From Thermodesulfobacteriota bacterium (GTDB lineage Bacteria > Desulfobacterota_D > UBA1144 > Nemesobacterales > JAJCZQ01), in the NCBI GenBank assembly GCA_965203965.1, contig CBDBDR010000017.1, positions 1,056,001 to 1,120,000 of the forward strand: a DNA stretch of 64,000 nt. The letters are read 5' to 3'. Below, one piece after another: positions 58,071-64,000 of this stretch. The first letter of the stretch is position 1. Each line of letters starts with the position of its first letter. The position numbers and the translations under genes were made by a program. The notes beneath the pieces were generated by a model. It saw only the letters and a program-made list of their open reading frames with translations, was not told where the DNA came from and ran no database searches.

Positions 58071-59312
58071 TTGACAGAACATTTAACCGTAGAAAATTTC
58101 CTTCTCGCTCTGGTTTTGTTATTTGTTTTTGCCAAGGGGTTGGGGGAGCTTTTTGAAAGAATAAAACTCCCTGCTGTTCTGGGCGAACTGACAGCCGGAA
58201 TAATACTTGGCGGAAGTATACTTGCAATTGTTCCATCCGCAGCCGGACAGGTTGGCTATGACACGTTTCACCTGCTTGCAGAAGTGGGAGTGGCAATACT
58301 ACTTTTTGAAATAGGACTTGAGACCGATATTGACGACCTAGTAAAAGTGGGTCCAAAATCAACTTTGGTGGCGATAGTGGGAATTGTAGCTCCTTTTTTT
58401 CTTGGTTTTTTCAGTATTATCGCACTTCAAAAATTTGAAATACTGGACGTTGACACTCAGCTTTTAATGTTGGTGGCAATCACCACTGGTGCAACTCTTG
58501 CCGCAACCAGTGTGGGTATTACCGCTCGCGTGCTTTCGGATCTTAACAAGTTGAACACGAAAGAGTCCAAAATAATTCTCGGCGCAGCCGTCATTGATGA
58601 TGTTCTCGGCTTGATAATACTCGGCCTTGTAACCGGCTTAATTGAGGCATTTAAGAGCAGCGCCGGTAGCGGAGTGTCGCTTATGCAGGTAGCTGTTATA
58701 ATGGTCAAGGCATTTGGATTCCTATTGGTTTCAATTCTCCTCGGAAATCTGATTCGTAAACCGGTCTTTAACTTCATTGGCAAATTAAAGGCCAGAGGCA
58801 TACTACTGATTTACTCACTGGCTTTTGCCTTTTTATACTCATACGTGGCAAGCCTGATGGGACTTGCACCAATCGTGGGAGCTTTTGCAGCTGGATTGGT
58901 GCTTCGAAAAACAGAACAATTTAAAATCATTGAAAATAGCTTAAAACCCGTTTCCGATTTTTTCACACTGATATTTTTTGTGGTTATAGGTGCAGCGGTG
59001 GATATTTTTGTTTTCAACCCGTTTGTGCCGGGTAACAGCAGTATAATGCTTGTAGCACTGATATTGTTTGTTTTAGCCGTAATCGGAAAATACATAAGCG
59101 GTTACGCTGTGATCGATAAAGACATTGACTCAAAAGTGATTGGAATAGGTATGATACCGCGTGGAGAAGTTGGGTTGATTTTTGCACAGGTTGGGTTAAG
59201 CTATGGGGTTTTTGACTCGGGGCTTTTTTCAGCAGTAACCGTTATGGTGATGCTGACAACTTTTGTAGCACCACCGTTGCTACAACTCGCCTTCAAAAAA
59301 AATAAGAATTAA
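58071..59312 (+). CDS. cation:proton antiporter (CPA2/NapA-like)
   Basis: LFEIGLE, ATSVGIT, AAVIDD, MIPRGEVGL. Confidence 0.9.
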   Translation: MTEHLTVENFLLALVLLFVFAKGLGELFERIKLPAVLGELTAGIILGGSILAIVPSAAGQVGYDTFHLLAEVGVAILLFEIGLETDIDDLVKVGPKSTLVAIVGIVAPFFLGFFSIIALQKFEILDVDTQLLMLVAITTGATLAATSVGITARVLSDLNKLNTKESKIILGAAVIDDVLGLIILGLVTGLIEAFKSSAGSGVSLMQVAVIMVKAFGFLLVSILLGNLIRKPVFNFIGKLKARGILLIYSLAFAFLYSYVASLMGLAPIVGAFAAGLVLRKTEQFKIIENSLKPVSDFFTLIFFVVIGAAVDIFVFNPFVPGNSSIMLVALILFVLAVIGKYISGYAVIDKDIDSKVIGIGMIPRGEVGLIFAQVGLSYGVFDSGLFSAVTVMVMLTTFVAPPLLQLAFKKNKN

Positions 59313-59819
59313 ATGAAAAATTTTATAAAAATTACAGGCTATATACTTATTTTTTTATCTGCTACGACAAACTCCCATGCAGCTGGAGATAATCTGCTGA
59401 GTGTGGATAAAACGATACTTGTTCAACTTGTTATTGTAATTGTCGCACTTTACGCATTGAACGTATTAATATTTAAACCCTTGCTTGGATTGCTGGACAG
59501 GAGGGAGAAGCTAACCAGAGGGACCCTGGGAGAAGCAAAAAACCTGACGGGAAAAGCAGAAAAACTGATTGAAGACTACAACAGGCAAATTGACGATGCC
59601 AGAACCATGGCAAACAAGCAAAGAACAGAAATAAGAAAGGAAGCCCAGCAGGCAGCAGCAAAGATGATATCCGAAGCAAGGCAGGAATCACAGATACTTT
59701 TAGCAAACTATAAGAAAGATCTGGATGCTCAAGCTAAAAGCGTCAAAGAAAAAATAAAACCAGAAATAGAGAATTTGGCAGGCAATATTGCTTCAAAGAT
59801 CCTCGGAACGGAGGTTTAG
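59313..59819 (+). CDS. atpF: ATP synthase F0 subunit b'
   Basis: LIFKPLLGLLDRRE followed by coiled coil. Confidence 0.85.
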   Translation: MKNFIKITGYILIFLSATTNSHAAGDNLLSVDKTILVQLVIVIVALYALNVLIFKPLLGLLDRREKLTRGTLGEAKNLTGKAEKLIEDYNRQIDDARTMANKQRTEIRKEAQQAAAKMISEARQESQILLANYKKDLDAQAKSVKEKIKPEIENLAGNIASKILGTEV

Positions 59820-59820
59820 T

Positions 59821-60318
59821 TTGGATCCATTCAACTGGTCATTTGTAATCAAGCATGCAATCAACCTTCTGATACTGGTTGGAATACTTGTCTATTACAC
59901 AAGGAAGCCAATAAAAAAAGCTCTGGAGAAAAGAAGATCAAATCTGGGCAGAGAAATTGACAGGGCGAGAGAAGAAATAGATAACGCAAAAAGAAAATTT
60001 GATGAATACTCAAGCAAACTAAAGAGTCTTGATTCGGAGGCATCTTCTCTTAGAAAATCAATAGTGGAGTTGGGAGAAAAAGAAAAAAGCGAGATCATAG
60101 AACAAGCTGAACAGGCATGTAAATTGATAAAAAAAGAGACTCAGGAAACCATTGAGCTTGAAGTTTTCAGAGCAAAACAGAAAATAGAACAGGAAGTAAT
60201 TGCAAACTCATTGGAACTTGCTGAAAAATTGGTAAGGGAAAAAATGGGCGACGAATATAACTCAGAATCCGTTGATAAAATGGTTTCACAGATAGAGGAA
60301 AGTAAATGGCTTCAATAG
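59821..60318 (+). CDS. atpF: ATP synthase F0 subunit b
   Basis: INLLILVGILVYYTRKPI followed by coiled coil; GGAGG SD before TTG. Confidence 0.85.
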   Translation: MDPFNWSFVIKHAINLLILVGILVYYTRKPIKKALEKRRSNLGREIDRAREEIDNAKRKFDEYSSKLKSLDSEASSLRKSIVELGEKEKSEIIEQAEQACKLIKKETQETIELEVFRAKQKIEQEVIANSLELAEKLVREKMGDEYNSESVDKMVSQIEESKWLQ

Positions 60319-60845
60319 CTACATTAAGGGATCTTTCAGATGCTCTGACTGAAACGAGTATGGAAAGCGACAACATAAAAAATGTAATTTCGGATCTGTT
60401 GGCATTTTTCAACCTGCTGTCAGAAAACGAAGAATTAAAAAATATTCTTACCACTACTGCTTTTGAAGTTGAAGAAAGAAGGGAGATAATTTCAGATATA
60501 TCTGAGAGCCTGAAAATGAGCACAGAAGCAAAAAATTTTCTGGTAGTGGCTTCCGAACTTGGTAAATTCAGTGCACTGCTGAACAAAAAGGATTTTATTA
60601 TAAGGAGATTGGAATTGGCAGCCGGGAAATTAAAAACAGAGATCACATCAGCAAGATCTTTAACCGAAAATGAACTAAGCAAAATAAAAAAATCTTTAAT
60701 CAAAACAACGGGTAAAAAAATAGAAAGCAGCGTTAGTATAGATGCTTCCATTATCGGAGGGCTCATAATCAAGATAGAAGGGAAGGTCTATGACAACAGT
60801 ATAAAAACTCGATTGGAAAAACTTCAGTCGGCATTAACCGCGTAG
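60306..60845 (+). CDS. atpH: ATP synthase F1 subunit delta
   Basis: ITSARSL, IDASIIGGLII...YDNSIK. Confidence 0.9.
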   Translation: MASIATLRDLSDALTETSMESDNIKNVISDLLAFFNLLSENEELKNILTTTAFEVEERREIISDISESLKMSTEAKNFLVVASELGKFSALLNKKDFIIRRLELAAGKLKTEITSARSLTENELSKIKKSLIKTTGKKIESSVSIDASIIGGLIIKIEGKVYDNSIKTRLEKLQSALTA

Positions 60846-60877
60846 CAATGTAACACATTTTGAGCAAGGAGCTTACC

Positions 60878-62395
60878 ATGGACGAATTGAGAGTTGAAAA
60901 CATAGGCGAGATATTACGAAATCGAATAAAAGGCTATGATGAAAAAGTAGACACTGCAGAGATCGGAACGGTGCTTTCAGTAGGAGATGGTATCGTCCGC
61001 GCTTATGGACTTGATCAAGTAAAGGCCGGAGAGCTTGTGGAGTTTAAAAGCGGAGTATCAGGTCTTGTTCTTAACTTGGAAGAAGATAACATCGGTATTG
61101 CCCTGTTTGGTGAAGACACAGAAGTCGCTCAGGGTGACATCGTAAAACGTACGGGAAAAATTGCCGAAATCCCAGTTGGGGAAGCAATGAAAGGCAGGGT
61201 CATAGACTCACTCGGACTTCCTCTTGACGGAAAAGGTGAAATTGCCACCACTGAAACGCGGCAGATAGAGGTTAAGGCGCCGGGTGTTGTTTACAGGCAA
61301 TCAGTAAAAGAACCTCTTCAGACCGGGATAAAGGCAATTGATGCAATGATACCCATAGGCAGGGGACAGAGAGAGCTTATACTCGGAGACAGGCAAACAG
61401 GTAAGACAGCAATTGCAATTGACACTATAATTAATCAGAAAAACGAAGATGTTTACTGTATTTACGTGGCGATCGGACAGAAGCAGTCAACCGTTGCTCA
61501 GGTTGTTGATAAATTAAAGGAGCACGGTGCAATGGAATACACAACAATCGTATCAGCAACAGCAAGCACACCTGCCCCTTTTCAGTTCCTGGCGCCTTTT
61601 GCAGGTTGTGCTTTAGGTGAATACTTCCGGGATTCCGGCAAGCATGCACTTATAATTTATGATGATTTGACTAAGCATGCTTGGGCATACAGACAGTTAT
61701 CTTTGCTCCTCAAAAGACCACCGGGACGTGAAGCATACCCCGGAGATGTGTTCTATCTTCATTCAAGGCTACTTGAACGTGCCGCTAAAATGAGAAATGA
61801 AGACGGCGGTGGTTCCCTAACCGCTCTTCCAATTATAGAAACACAGGCTGGCGATGTTTCAGCTTATATTCCAACAAACGTTATTTCTATTACAGACGGT
61901 CAGATATACCTTGAAAGCGACCTTTTCTACTCAGGTATCAGACCTGCAATTAACGTTGGACTTTCAGTTTCCAGAGTAGGTGGTTCCGCACAGATCAAGG
62001 CAATGAAAAGCGTGGCAGGCACTTTAAGGCTGGAGCTCGCACAATACAGAGAAGTTGAGGCGTTTTCACAGTTTGCATCGGACCTTGACCCAGCCACTCA
62101 AGCACAGTTAGCACGGGGCAATCGACTGGTTGAATCACTGAAGCAAGGTCAATATCAACCGCTTGCCGTTGAAAAGCAAATACTCGCAATTTTTGCAGTA
62201 ACCAACGGTTACGTGGATAAATACGATTCCTCAGCCGTGCAAAAATATGAGAAAGAAATGCTCTCTTATTTTGAATCCAAGCATCAGAATATCCTTGATG
62301 AGATCAAAGAAAAGAAGGTTATTTCAGAAACAATGGCAGAACAAATAAGAACCGCGCTTGATGAACTGGCAAAACAATTAGGTGATTTTAAATAA
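60878..62395 (+). CDS. atpA: ATP synthase F1 subunit alpha
   Basis: [30 protein letters not shown]. Confidence 0.98.
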   Translation: MDELRVENIGEILRNRIKGYDEKVDTAEIGTVLSVGDGIVRAYGLDQVKAGELVEFKSGVSGLVLNLEEDNIGIALFGEDTEVAQGDIVKRTGKIAEIPVGEAMKGRVIDSLGLPLDGKGEIATTETRQIEVKAPGVVYRQSVKEPLQTGIKAIDAMIPIGRGQRELILGDRQTGKTAIAIDTIINQKNEDVYCIYVAIGQKQSTVAQVVDKLKEHGAMEYTTIVSATASTPAPFQFLAPFAGCALGEYFRDSGKHALIIYDDLTKHAWAYRQLSLLLKRPPGREAYPGDVFYLHSRLLERAAKMRNEDGGGSLTALPIIETQAGDVSAYIPTNVISITDGQIYLESDLFYSGIRPAINVGLSVSRVGGSAQIKAMKSVAGTLRLELAQYREVEAFSQFASDLDPATQAQLARGNRLVESLKQGQYQPLAVEKQILAIFAVTNGYVDKYDSSAVQKYEKEMLSYFESKHQNILDEIKEKKVISETMAEQIRTALDELAKQLGDFK

Positions 62396-62396
62396 C

Positions 62397-64000
<1,604 letters not shown>

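Overview
This is a 64-kb bacterial chromosomal window made up mostly of housekeeping genes. These include yebC-ruvC, bolA-grxD, queF, tRNA-Gln(CTG), gltX, rho, an Rrf2-sufB-sufC-sufD-Rieske operon, thiL, hisBH, a group-2-like sigma70, sodA, comEC, ispDF, purB, gshA and atpF'-F-H-A-G-D. The gene order resembles Desulfobacterota/Ca. Dadabacteria, which is an inference only. Three accessory elements stand out. (1) A complete type II-C CRISPR-Cas9 locus contains cas9 (1260 aa), cas1, cas2, 6 repeats with 5 spacers and a divergent tracrRNA with promoter and terminator. Its Cas9 appears to have a duplicated WED module and a Zn-finger HNH, and its array begins on the last base of a carbonic anhydrase stop codon. 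(2) A lone 2126-aa Cys-rich PilY1-type adhesin gene is bracketed by direct-repeat arrays of a REP-like multi-hairpin element with covarying stems; the element also occurs at about 2.4 kb and 43 kb. (3) An unannotated 40-aa, 12-Cys (six CxC) metallothionein-like gene lies next to bolA-grxD. All product calls come from motif recognition by eye; no searches were run.
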